35,467 nt of DNA from an uncultured Chlorobiaceae bacterium. Its GTDB lineage: Bacteria; Bacteroidota; Ignavibacteria; UBA10030; SZUA-254. The notes beneath the pieces were generated by a model. It was not told the origin of the DNA. It worked only from the letters and a program-made list of their open reading frames with translations, and did no database searches. Each line of letters starts with the position of its first letter. Position 1 is the first letter of the stretch. Shown piece after piece: positions 18,844 through 26,850 of this stretch. The stretch is taken from contig CAYGZY010000139.1 in the NCBI GenBank assembly GCA_964354485.1, positions 1-35,467 on the forward strand. Direction: 5' to 3'. The position numbers and the translations under genes were made by a program.

Positions 18844-20874
18844 TCATTGTCGTACATTACCCGATACACTATCTGTTATGGAAGATCGATATGCACGCAA
18901 GAACTCTTCAATACGCTGAACCCTAGGATCGTCTGGTCTAATTGCGGCATACTTCTCCAGGAGTGGTTTTGCATCTTCAGGATTATTCATTTTTAAGTAA
19001 CAGTAACCTGCTTTGAGGTATGAATCGGCATGCAGGGGATCTACCTCTATGGCACGGAGATAAAACTGGAGGGCATCCCGATATCCATTGTTGTAAGCCG
19101 TGTGGTACTCGCCCAGAGCATGGAAGGGAACAGCTGAGGTCGGGTGCAGATCAAGGCTCTTCTTTGTGGTTTCAATAGCGTCCGCGAACCTCCCCTGCTT
19201 CGCATAGATCATCCCCAGATTAACGTAGACCATCCAACTGCGGCTACCATATGAAATGGCGTGTCGGTAACAATCTGCCTCATTGCTTTCATCTCCTACG
19301 GTGCGATACACTTCAGACAGTTTCCCCCATATCCGTGCATTGGTTGAATCCAATTCGAGGAAATTACGGTAATAAGTCTTTGCCTCTTGATATTTCTGCC
19401 TGTCCCGAAAAAAAACCGCAATTTCCTCATAGGATGCCATCAGGGTCTTTCTTCCCCAGAGCTGCTGATCGGCCAATGTTTGAAATCTCATCATTCCGCG
19501 TTTCTCACTGGCATTGATCACTGTATAGGCGATGGTTGGTATGCACGTCAGGATAATAATAGGAATGAACGATAGACGCCTCACAGATTGATCAACGAAT
19601 CGCACCCAGGCATATCCCGATGCAACTAATAGACCGAGCGTGAAAGGGGCCAGTAGATCCCAGTCCCGGCTCATTCCGAAGTCAAAATTAAAAAATAGAC
19701 AGAAAGCCAAACCAGAAAGGGCAGTAAGGATGAGAAACAGCCAGATGAAGTTTCGACTTGATATATTCTTCGGCCCGAGGATGACTACCGAGAAGAGCAT
19801 GATGAGGGCAAATGGGGCAATCAGGATTTGAATGTTCAGAATGTCGTTCAGGTGCATAATTGAAAAGAGTGTATAACCCTGAAATTCATTCCTCACCTCC
19901 CCCATGCCAAGCGCATGTTTCCGACTCATGGTCAAGGTATTCCATATCTGATCGAGAGAATATCCCAACAGGAGCAGAAGCCCGATCCATGTTGTGGCTG
20001 CAATGAGAAGTGAGAGAATGCCTCTTTGCCACAATTTTCGGCGCACATCATGAAAGATTAACAAAAGAAACGACGGAATCATGCATAGCATTCCAAAATG
20101 AAGAATGCATATTCCTCCAAAGGCAACTGATGCGGCAGATGGATGAACTCTCCCTTTAAAGTAACCTACCGACAGCCATACGTAGAAGAGAAAACCAAGA
20201 CAGAGCGAGGTATAATTTTCTACATAACCAAAAAAAAGGGCAGAGCTCCCCGCAGCGACAAATAGACCAAACAACAAAATTCGATCGATCGCATCATCGG
20301 CTAAACGACGGGCCAGCAACGCCATAAGTGCAATGCAACCGGCCCCGAAAAGGATGTTCATCAACTGTATGGGGAGCTCCGGACTACCGGTGAAACCCCA
20401 CGAAGCGAAGAGCCTGGTTATTTCCCAATTTAAAATTCCGGCTAGCGGTTCATAGTGAAAATATGCAACCGCCTCAGAGAGTTTACGGATGAATGGCAAG
20501 GTCCGGGGCATCAGTGTTCCATCGCCTAGGAGAAAAAAATTTTGCCTCCCAACCCATAAAACAAGGATTGAGAGAAGAAGGAGTCCAACCGATAACTGAG
20601 TTCTTCCTCTCTGAGGCAAACCTTTAAAACGGCCTATGAGTCTTTCGATATACTCAAGGAGCCTTTTTTGAACTGCCGGAATGAGAGTGAGAATCATGAG
20701 GATTGGAAGAATGATCTTCAAAATCTTCGGGTAGTAGCCAAACTGATGAAATCCCCAATTCAGTGAATTGGGAAAGAACGCACCATAAAGATGGATTCCG
20801 ACCAGGATCATCCCCCACAGGGTAACAATCCACGGGAGGATGCGGAAGGGAATCCTTAAAATTTCAGATCGCAT
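18844..20874 (-). CDS. Polytopic membrane protein with C-terminal TPR repeats; putative GT-C glycosyltransferase (paralog 1), located inside rbsC
   Basis: WGFH, FLLGDG, EPLAG, FFGYVENY, LHFG and GMSRDWD; clear TPRs (YVNLGMIYAKQGRFADAIETTKKSLDLHP). It has its own AAAGGGGA RBS and an intact 676-aa frame. Confidence 0.72.
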   Translation of the reverse strand: MRSEILRIPFRILPWIVTLWGMILVGIHLYGAFFPNSLNWGFHQFGYYPKILKIILPILMILTLIPAVQKRLLEYIERLIGRFKGLPQRGRTQLSVGLLLLSILVLWVGRQNFFLLGDGTLMPRTLPFIRKLSEAVAYFHYEPLAGILNWEITRLFASWGFTGSPELPIQLMNILFGAGCIALMALLARRLADDAIDRILLFGLFVAAGSSALFFGYVENYTSLCLGFLFYVWLSVGYFKGRVHPSAASVAFGGICILHFGMLCMIPSFLLLIFHDVRRKLWQRGILSLLIAATTWIGLLLLLGYSLDQIWNTLTMSRKHALGMGEVRNEFQGYTLFSIMHLNDILNIQILIAPFALIMLFSVVILGPKNISSRNFIWLFLILTALSGLAFCLFFNFDFGMSRDWDLLAPFTLGLLVASGYAWVRFVDQSVRRLSFIPIIILTCIPTIAYTVINASEKRGMMRFQTLADQQLWGRKTLMASYEEIAVFFRDRQKYQEAKTYYRNFLELDSTNARIWGKLSEVYRTVGDESNEADCYRHAISYGSRSWMVYVNLGMIYAKQGRFADAIETTKKSLDLHPTSAVPFHALGEYHTAYNNGYRDALQFYLRAIEVDPLHADSYLKAGYCYLKMNNPEDAKPLLEKYAAIRPDDPRVQRIEEFLRAYRSSITDSVSGNVRQ

Positions 20875-20941
20875 GAAGACTAATTTCCCCTTTATTAAGA
20901 AGGGTAATTATGTAAAAACGTAACCAAAATAGATGTTGATA

Positions 20942-21118
20942 AAATGTCATACCGGCGGCAATGATAGCCGTGATTGATGTCTGAAGTGTTACGTTGAGAA
21001 TGTTATCGGTTGTAAAAAAAAACGGCGATAGCCCTGAAAAGAGAACGATCTCGCGGAGGAGAGTGATGATAATTCCGAATTCGCCAATGATGGACCGTAT
21101 CCGCTTCGACTTAGCCAT
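20942..21118 (-). pseudogene. rbsC: 5' fragment of a ribose-type sugar ABC permease
   Basis: ATG 21118 overlaps the end of rbsA. It reads MAKSKR...LSPFFFTTDNILNVTLQTSITAIIAAGMTF and then gives unrelated sequence where VI..GIDLSVG is expected. Confidence 0.88.
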
Positions 21119-22616
21119 GGTCCGCTTCCAGCGTGCCACCCGTGGCAAGAGTCATGATCTTCTCCTGAGTTGCATCTTTCCGCGACAGAATACCTGTAAT
21201 TTTGCCTTCCCACATCACTCCGATCCTGTCGCTGATACCGAGGAGTTCCGGTAAATCGGAAGAGATCATTATTACGCCGATACCTTCCTGAGCGAGTTTG
21301 TTGATGAGATTATAGATTTCAAATTTAACTCCGACATCGATGCCGACCGTTGGCTCATCAAAAATGAGGAGCTTCGACCTCGTAAAGAGCCATCGTGCCA
21401 GTACGACTTTCTGCCGATTGCCGCCGCTTAAATTCTCAACCTCCTGTTCAAGCGAGGGTGTTTTAATTCTCAGGTCTTCGGTAAACTTCTTAGCGATAGA
21501 ATTTTCCCGGCTCCTGTCAATGAATATCCCCTTTACAACATCATGTAAATTAGAGAGCGAAATGTTCTCCCGGACATTCATTTGCATGATCAGTCCGTAC
21601 CTGTTGCGGTCCTCGGTCAGTAATCCGATCCCCAGACGAATCGCTTCGCGCGGGGAACGCGGAGAAATTTCACTGCCATCGAGCTTGATGCTTCCCCGTT
21701 CTTTTTTATCAGCGCCGAAAATTATCCGGGCGATCTCACTCCTGCCTGCTCCTACAAGACCGGCCAATCCGAAAATCTCACCGCGACATATACTCAGGGA
21801 TATATCTTTCAGTATACCGCCGCTTATCCCTTCCAGTCGCAGAACCTCGGAACCGCGCTGGAGTTCGATTTTCGGATATTCCTGTTCGAGTTCGCGGCCT
21901 ACCATCCACCTAACCAAACTTCTCCGATCAGCTTCACTCACCAGGCAGCTGTGTATATACTTCCCGTCTCGCAGGACGGTAAGCCTGTCACCAATCTCAA
22001 AAATTTCCTCCAGCCTGTGAGAGATGTATATTATGCCAACTCCCTCCGCTTTGAGCCTTCTGATAACCGCAAAAAGATTCTTCAGTTCGTTCTCCGTCAG
22101 GGCGGCCGATGGCTCATCCATCGCAAGAATTCTGACCTTCTTCGATATGGCTTTAGCAATTTCTACCATCTGCCGCTGGGCAACACTAAGGGAGTGGACG
22201 GGGATGTCCGTCGGTATCTCCTCGCCAAGTTGGGCAAGCGCCGTACGGGCAATTGCATGCATTACCGGGTAGTTAACGAACGGTGTTTTTGCTTTTGTCG
22301 GCTCGCTGCCGAGAAGGATATTTTCGGCAACCGTTAATTCCGGGACCAACTTAAACTCCTGGTAGATCATGCCGATGGCGTGCTTCTGCGAATCGGCGGG
22401 GGAATGAAAAGTAACCTCTTTGCCATCAATGAAAATTGATCCGCAGTTTTTCGTCGTGGCTCCGGAGAGAACTTTCATGAGCGTCGACTTGCCAGCGCCA
22501 TTTTCTCCGAGGAGACAATGAACTTCGCCGGATTGAAGCGTAAAATTCACTTCCGAGAGCGCCAGAACACCCGGATATTCCTTCCTGATGCCGCGCATCT
22601 CAAGAAGAGGGTGCAT
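21111..22616 (-). CDS. rbsA: Sugar (ribose-type, CUT2) ABC transporter ATP-binding protein
   Basis: Tandem ABC domains: GENGAGKST, MDEPS, YISHR, GLVGAGRSE, LSGGNRQK and FDEPT; 501 aa. Confidence 0.93.
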   Translation of the reverse strand: MHPLLEMRGIRKEYPGVLALSEVNFTLQSGEVHCLLGENGAGKSTLMKVLSGATTKNCGSIFIDGKEVTFHSPADSQKHAIGMIYQEFKLVPELTVAENILLGSEPTKAKTPFVNYPVMHAIARTALAQLGEEIPTDIPVHSLSVAQRQMVEIAKAISKKVRILAMDEPSAALTENELKNLFAVIRRLKAEGVGIIYISHRLEEIFEIGDRLTVLRDGKYIHSCLVSEADRRSLVRWMVGRELEQEYPKIELQRGSEVLRLEGISGGILKDISLSICRGEIFGLAGLVGAGRSEIARIIFGADKKERGSIKLDGSEISPRSPREAIRLGIGLLTEDRNRYGLIMQMNVRENISLSNLHDVVKGIFIDRSRENSIAKKFTEDLRIKTPSLEQEVENLSGGNRQKVVLARWLFTRSKLLIFDEPTVGIDVGVKFEIYNLINKLAQEGIGVIMISSDLPELLGISDRIGVMWEGKITGILSRKDATQEKIMTLATGGTLEADHG

Positions 22617-22618
22617 AT

Positions 22619-22885
22619 TTAATCCTGTTTTCCCTTCTCGAGACTTTCTCTGTCAACAATCCCGACAGCCACTGGGATGACCTTCGACGCTTCTGCCCCG
22701 GTAAAGTAGTCGCGGATTGCTCCGATCGTTGTCTCACCGACCTTTGCAGTTTCTCTCTGTAATCTCTCTCCAAGGTCTTTATAAAATATGATTCCGTGCG
22801 TCAAGAGTGATATACCGATAAACTTTCCCGCTTTCGATTCCTCTATTTTCAGAGAATCTGTTTCAGCTGATTTTTTAACAGTCAA
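22619..22885 (-). pseudogene. rbsB: Internally deleted remnant of a sugar ABC substrate-binding protein
   Basis: An N-terminal SBP-like segment (FIGISLLTHGIIFYKDLGERLQRETAK) is joined directly to a C-terminal SBP-like segment (GETTIGAIRDYFTG...IPVAVGIVDRESL). It is only ~88 codons, has no signal peptide and ends 2 bp upstream of rbsA. Confidence 0.75.
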
Positions 22886-22913
22886 TCTTACAAAGAAATG
22901 TTGGAAAAATCAA
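22885..22913 (-). promoter_or_regulatory. sigma70-type promoter heading the former rbs operon
   Basis: TTGATT (22913-22908), 17-bp spacer, TAAGAT (22890-22885). Confidence 0.55.
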
Positions 22914-22974
22914 TTATATCGAGTTTAATCCCGTAAAAACGACCTGACAAATGCGGTATGAATGCAACCAGTAG

Positions 22975-23021
22975 AAAAAAAACTCCTACGAAAATAAGAA
23001 CTGGCATGCATTCCGTAGGAG
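22975..23021 (-). terminator. Intrinsic terminator after transketolase
   Basis: Minus strand CTCCTACG...CGTAGGAG stem followed by a run of about 8 T, ~20 bp after the tkt stop. Confidence 0.7.
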
Positions 23022-23042
23022 CAGATATTTTATCTGACAGCG

Positions 23043-25076
23043 TCAGTGGCTTAACAATTCACCTTTTCCCTTGATTTTCATCAACTCAACTGCTTTTTGG
23101 GCGATATGTTCTGCGCTGACTTCAAATTCTTTAACTAATTCCCACGGAGCGCCGGAATCACCAAAGCGATCTTTTACACCGATTGCACCCGTGATAATGG
23201 GATTGCCGTAGAGGTTCGGGCACCCGGTAATAATACTGCTCACCGGCCATGCAAGGGCGCCGATCTGGTGCTCTTCTGCCGTAATAACAACATTGGTCTC
23301 CCCCGCCGCCCGGATAACCGATTCCTTATCCATGGGTTTCATTGTATGAATGTTGACGATTCTTGTTTCCCATCCGAACTCTTTTTTCAGGATGTATGCC
23401 GCGCGCATTGCCTCGGGCACCATTGGTCCGCATGCAACGATGGACAAGTGTTCATTTTCATTAACATAACGATCCGCAATGACTGTCTCAAAGGCATCGA
23501 TAAAGTTCTGAGATTCTTTTCTGAAACGGATAACATTTGCTTTACCGAAAATGAACGGTGTTGCGTCTGTTGTTATGACGGGAGTTGCTTCACGAGCAAA
23601 ACGGATGAATTTCGGACCGGCGTGTTTAAGGAGGAGATAATCACTCGCCTTTTTAGTTTCGATGACATCGCACGGGACGACAACCGACATGTTCGGCAGT
23701 CCGCACATTGCAAAGAGATCCTCGAGCGCCTGATGCGTTGCTCCATCCGGTCCTACCGAAACACCGCCATGCGCTCCGGCTATGAAAACATTGAAATTTC
23801 CGTAGCACACAGAGACGCGTATCTGGTCCAGATTACGGGCAGCTGCGAAGGTTCCGTATGTTCCGAGGACAGGGATTTTTCCCTCTTTAGCAAGGCCGGC
23901 GGCGGCGGCGGTCGCAGATTGTTCTGCAATTCCCATACTGATCCACCGTTTCTTCCTCTCGGGCTTTCCCTGGTAGAAGTCGCTAATCGTTATGGATCCG
24001 GAGATATCAAGACCGAGCGCTACTATGCGCGGATCGTCTCCGTTCGCCGCAAGCGACTGGCCGAATCCTTTTCTCGTCGGCTCCATTTTCACCTGCATCG
24101 TCGTGCCTGCGTTCCACCAATAATTTTTCCTGAACTTCGGCACTTTCGCATCGAGTTTCTTTTCTACCTCCTGCTGATACGCTTTCGCATGAGCCAAAAG
24201 TGATTCATAGGGTATCGTATTTTTAAGTCCAAGCTCATCAAGTCCTTTCAGCATTTCATCGTAGTTTGGCGTTTTGCCGTGCCAGCCGGCAATATCTTCC
24301 ATAAAACTCACGCCTTTACCTTTGACTGTATCGGCAATAATAACAAGTGGTTTGCCTACATTTTTTTTCCCGCGCATCAGCGCTTCAGTAACCTGTTTCA
24401 TATCGTGGCCATTGATGCGCATAACTTCCCACCCAAAGCTCCTGTATTTATCTTCAAGCGGATCGACACTCATCACGTCCTTGACCCATCCGTCAATCTG
24501 CAAACGGTTGTAGTCAATAATTCCGATAAGATTGTCAAGCTTATAATGCCCGGCTTCCATGGCGGCTTCCCATATGTTGCCTTCCTGCTGTTCGCCGTCC
24601 CCCATAATGCAAAATGTTGTATAGTTTTTATCATCCAGCTTTCCTGCAAGCGCAATCCCTACCGCAACACTTAATCCCTGACCGAGAGAACCGCTCGACA
24701 CCTCGACGGCCGGGAGCTTCAGCCAGTGAGGGTGTCCCTGGAATGGGGAATACAATTTTCGGAGGTACATGACATCCTCCTTCTTGCAAAATCCCGCGAA
24801 AGCAAGTCCGAGGTACAGACTCGGCGCCTTGTGACCGGTCGACCAGATAATACGATCTCTCTTATCCCAGCTCGGATTATCGGGAGCGAGATCGGCGACC
24901 TTAAGATACAGCGCCGCAGTAATATCCATAATTGAGAGCGTCCCGCCTGCATGGCCGGAACCTGCGGCACAGAGTGCGACGAGGTTATACCCCCGCATGA
25001 GATTTGCCTGTTCTCTTAACTCATCGATGGTATAGTCTTTGATTACCTTCCCGGATTTTGAATCGATAAGCGCCAT
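23043..25076 (-). CDS. tkt: Transketolase (single-chain fusion of the split-type N and C subunits)
   Basis: GSGHAGG, STGHKAP, QGHP, GSLGQG, the TPP motif GDGEQQEG...N, MGIAEQ, GPDGATHQ and AEEH. Confidence 0.93.
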   Translation of the reverse strand: MALIDSKSGKVIKDYTIDELREQANLMRGYNLVALCAAGSGHAGGTLSIMDITAALYLKVADLAPDNPSWDKRDRIIWSTGHKAPSLYLGLAFAGFCKKEDVMYLRKLYSPFQGHPHWLKLPAVEVSSGSLGQGLSVAVGIALAGKLDDKNYTTFCIMGDGEQQEGNIWEAAMEAGHYKLDNLIGIIDYNRLQIDGWVKDVMSVDPLEDKYRSFGWEVMRINGHDMKQVTEALMRGKKNVGKPLVIIADTVKGKGVSFMEDIAGWHGKTPNYDEMLKGLDELGLKNTIPYESLLAHAKAYQQEVEKKLDAKVPKFRKNYWWNAGTTMQVKMEPTRKGFGQSLAANGDDPRIVALGLDISGSITISDFYQGKPERKKRWISMGIAEQSATAAAAGLAKEGKIPVLGTYGTFAAARNLDQIRVSVCYGNFNVFIAGAHGGVSVGPDGATHQALEDLFAMCGLPNMSVVVPCDVIETKKASDYLLLKHAGPKFIRFAREATPVITTDATPFIFGKANVIRFRKESQNFIDAFETVIADRYVNENEHLSIVACGPMVPEAMRAAYILKKEFGWETRIVNIHTMKPMDKESVIRAAGETNVVITAEEHQIGALAWPVSSIITGCPNLYGNPIITGAIGVKDRFGDSGAPWELVKEFEVSAEHIAQKAVELMKIKGKGELLSH

Positions 25077-25152
25077 GTGATATTCCTTTTCTTAAAGATG
25101 AACGATGATCAGGATTGGACTAGTATAGAATTGAGAACCTATTACGTGCCAA

Positions 25153-25181
25153 AAAGTACCGCTTTTCCCGTTGAAAAACAA
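25153..25181 (-). promoter_or_regulatory. Possible sigma70-type promoter for tkt
   Basis: TTGTTT (25181-25176), 17-bp spacer, TACTTT (25158-25153). Confidence 0.45.
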
Positions 25182-25237
25182 GCGGCAATTCCGTCCTTTT
25201 CTCATCCCTGCAACTCTGTCTTTCAAATATGAAAATT

Positions 25238-26776
25238 TCATCGCCGCATTATGGGAATTTCACAGAGTGCGCACCGCCTGCTTACGCAATAGGACTTGTG
25301 GAGATGAAGAATGCCCTGATACAATTGTACTGACGTTTGTATATTATTCCCCGGGAAAAGAGTTCCTTTGATACGACAAACTACCGAATTCATGGGCAGA
25401 GCAACTTCAGCCTGGAGCAATGCTACACACGACTCTCTGACACACCGATCTTTAAAGATCCGTGCATAGAGGAGGGCAAGCGGAAGCACGACATTCACGA
25501 CCATTTCTTTTGAACGACTGCACCCTACAAGCATTTTACCTGATCTGCTTGAGCATTCACCGAAGCGGTAGTGATTCTTCCAGAATCCAACGGCAGGAAC
25601 AAGTAACATCGAAGAGAGCATTCTGAATTTTTTAGCGGGCGGCACGTCCTGCTCTTTGATGCATTGGATGATTTCTCTGAAAATATTGCGCCCGGCGATC
25701 GCGACACACAAATATGAAGCCCCTGCCAGACGGATGGTCGGAAAGTTTTCAGGACGAAGGCGGAAAAAACGCCATGCGGATTTCTGAATAGCGCCATGAG
25801 GGTGGTTCCTCTTAAGCTTCCTGTAAATTACCCGGAGCCGACGGAGCTTTTTTTTGCTCTCATGATCCATTTCTTTCCTCGGGACTGCTAAAAGTCGTGC
25901 GCTTCCAAAGAAAAGCGATTCAACGGATTCCTCTCGATCCGCTTCCGGAGTTTCAGAACAACTTTCCATGACAAAGTTGAGCGGCAGATTCCGGGCAAGC
26001 TGAAGGAAAGGTTCCTGATTCTTACTGTATCCGAGCGCTTCTATGCAACCCTCATAGAGCAACTGTTCCCAGAGACGCTTTTCACGCGCTTCATACGGTG
26101 AGTAGTGAAGTTTTGGCGGGGGTAACTCTTCCGGATCGACACCGAACGGAATTATGCCGTATCTCTGTCGCGGCTCTTTGAAACTCCGGCGCTGGTTCTC
26201 AATCAATTCATGCAGTCTCTCGTCAAATCTCCTGATCTTCAACTCAATCCGTCTCATTCCGAGCTTGCAAATCCATGCTCTTATGAGCGAAGAATTCTCC
26301 CGCAGCTGCGGAGAGAAGGACAGCCCCGCGCACGACGGCTCATGACTATCATACTCAGCAGCCCGGCACCGGAGAAGCGGATGGGTCGGCTCAAAGTAGC
26401 GATTGAGGATAAGAAGAGGAATTACCCTGCCGCTCTGCGTGGCAGGGAAAGAATTCTTTAGATCATTCTGCCAGATGACGTGGAGAATGACTGAATTGTA
26501 CGCGGCATCATGATGATGCTTATGCTCGAACCATTCTTTATTCCGACGGTGAATCTCAACATCCCCCCTGTAAAGCATGCCGCCGATACGGATAACCGCA
26601 TTGCGGAAGTCCGGTCCGCTGTCTGTATTTGGTTCTCCGGGGGTTATTATTTCCATCGGTTGGTTTTCATTCGTCAGAAGTCTGACCTCCCTCAGTTCTC
26701 TGCTCCTCCAGATCAGGCGCAGGGTGCTCTCCGGCACTAAACGCTCTACTTGTTTCCTCCCCATTGTTCCTCCCAT
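25238..26776 (-). CDS. DUF2851 family protein
   Basis: PGEPNTDSGPDF...GDVEIH...W..HKHHHDAAYNSVILHV, ALGYSKNQEPF, WRFFRLRPENFPTIRLA and the C-terminal YC-x4-C-x2-C. The start may be 26764. Confidence 0.88.
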   Translation of the reverse strand: MGGTMGRKQVERLVPESTLRLIWRSRELREVRLLTNENQPMEIITPGEPNTDSGPDFRNAVIRIGGMLYRGDVEIHRRNKEWFEHKHHHDAAYNSVILHVIWQNDLKNSFPATQSGRVIPLLILNRYFEPTHPLLRCRAAEYDSHEPSCAGLSFSPQLRENSSLIRAWICKLGMRRIELKIRRFDERLHELIENQRRSFKEPRQRYGIIPFGVDPEELPPPKLHYSPYEAREKRLWEQLLYEGCIEALGYSKNQEPFLQLARNLPLNFVMESCSETPEADREESVESLFFGSARLLAVPRKEMDHESKKKLRRLRVIYRKLKRNHPHGAIQKSAWRFFRLRPENFPTIRLAGASYLCVAIAGRNIFREIIQCIKEQDVPPAKKFRMLSSMLLVPAVGFWKNHYRFGECSSRSGKMLVGCSRSKEMVVNVVLPLALLYARIFKDRCVRESCVALLQAEVALPMNSVVCRIKGTLFPGNNIQTSVQLYQGILHLHKSYCVSRRCALCEIPIMRR

Positions 26777-26850
26777 TGATATTATTGATGAAGCTGACCT
26801 CCGCCATTAATCACAGGGCGATTTATCGTACTGCCTCCCTGTGAAAAGGT

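Noticed and set aside
18611-18847. 78-aa ORF (and 94-aa ORF 20864..21148) as independent small membrane proteins
   Set aside because: Each is a piece of rbsC extended by unrelated junction sequence. Translation of the 78-aa ORF from the ATGA overlap at 18847 cannot be excluded, but conserved Gly residues are mutated.
12653-20874. D-(S/T)-(A/T/V/I/L) O-glycosylation sequons in exported proteins (DSA, DST, DTA) as support for the glycosylation hypothesis
   Set aside because: The same tripeptides occur in cytoplasmic MutS and ClpC, so no enrichment can be claimed without statistics.
18800-20941. Insert in rbsC as an IS, intron, intein or integron cassette
   Set aside because: I recognised no transposase, reverse transcriptase, homing endonuclease, terminal inverted repeats, target duplication or attC-like structure. 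Removing the insert would not restore a full-length rbsC.
23268-24203. 311-aa plus-strand ORF, and similar long antisense ORFs at 3676..4290, 4842..5408, 21340..22020 and 27839..28375
   Set aside because: They lie antisense to well-supported genes and show no recognisable motifs, as expected from codon bias.
26811-26844. TCACAGGG...CCCTGTGA inverted repeat after pyrF, and a weak hairpin at ~10340-10360 after clpC
   Set aside because: Long loop or imperfect stem and no convincing U-tract in the sense direction; too weak to call terminators.
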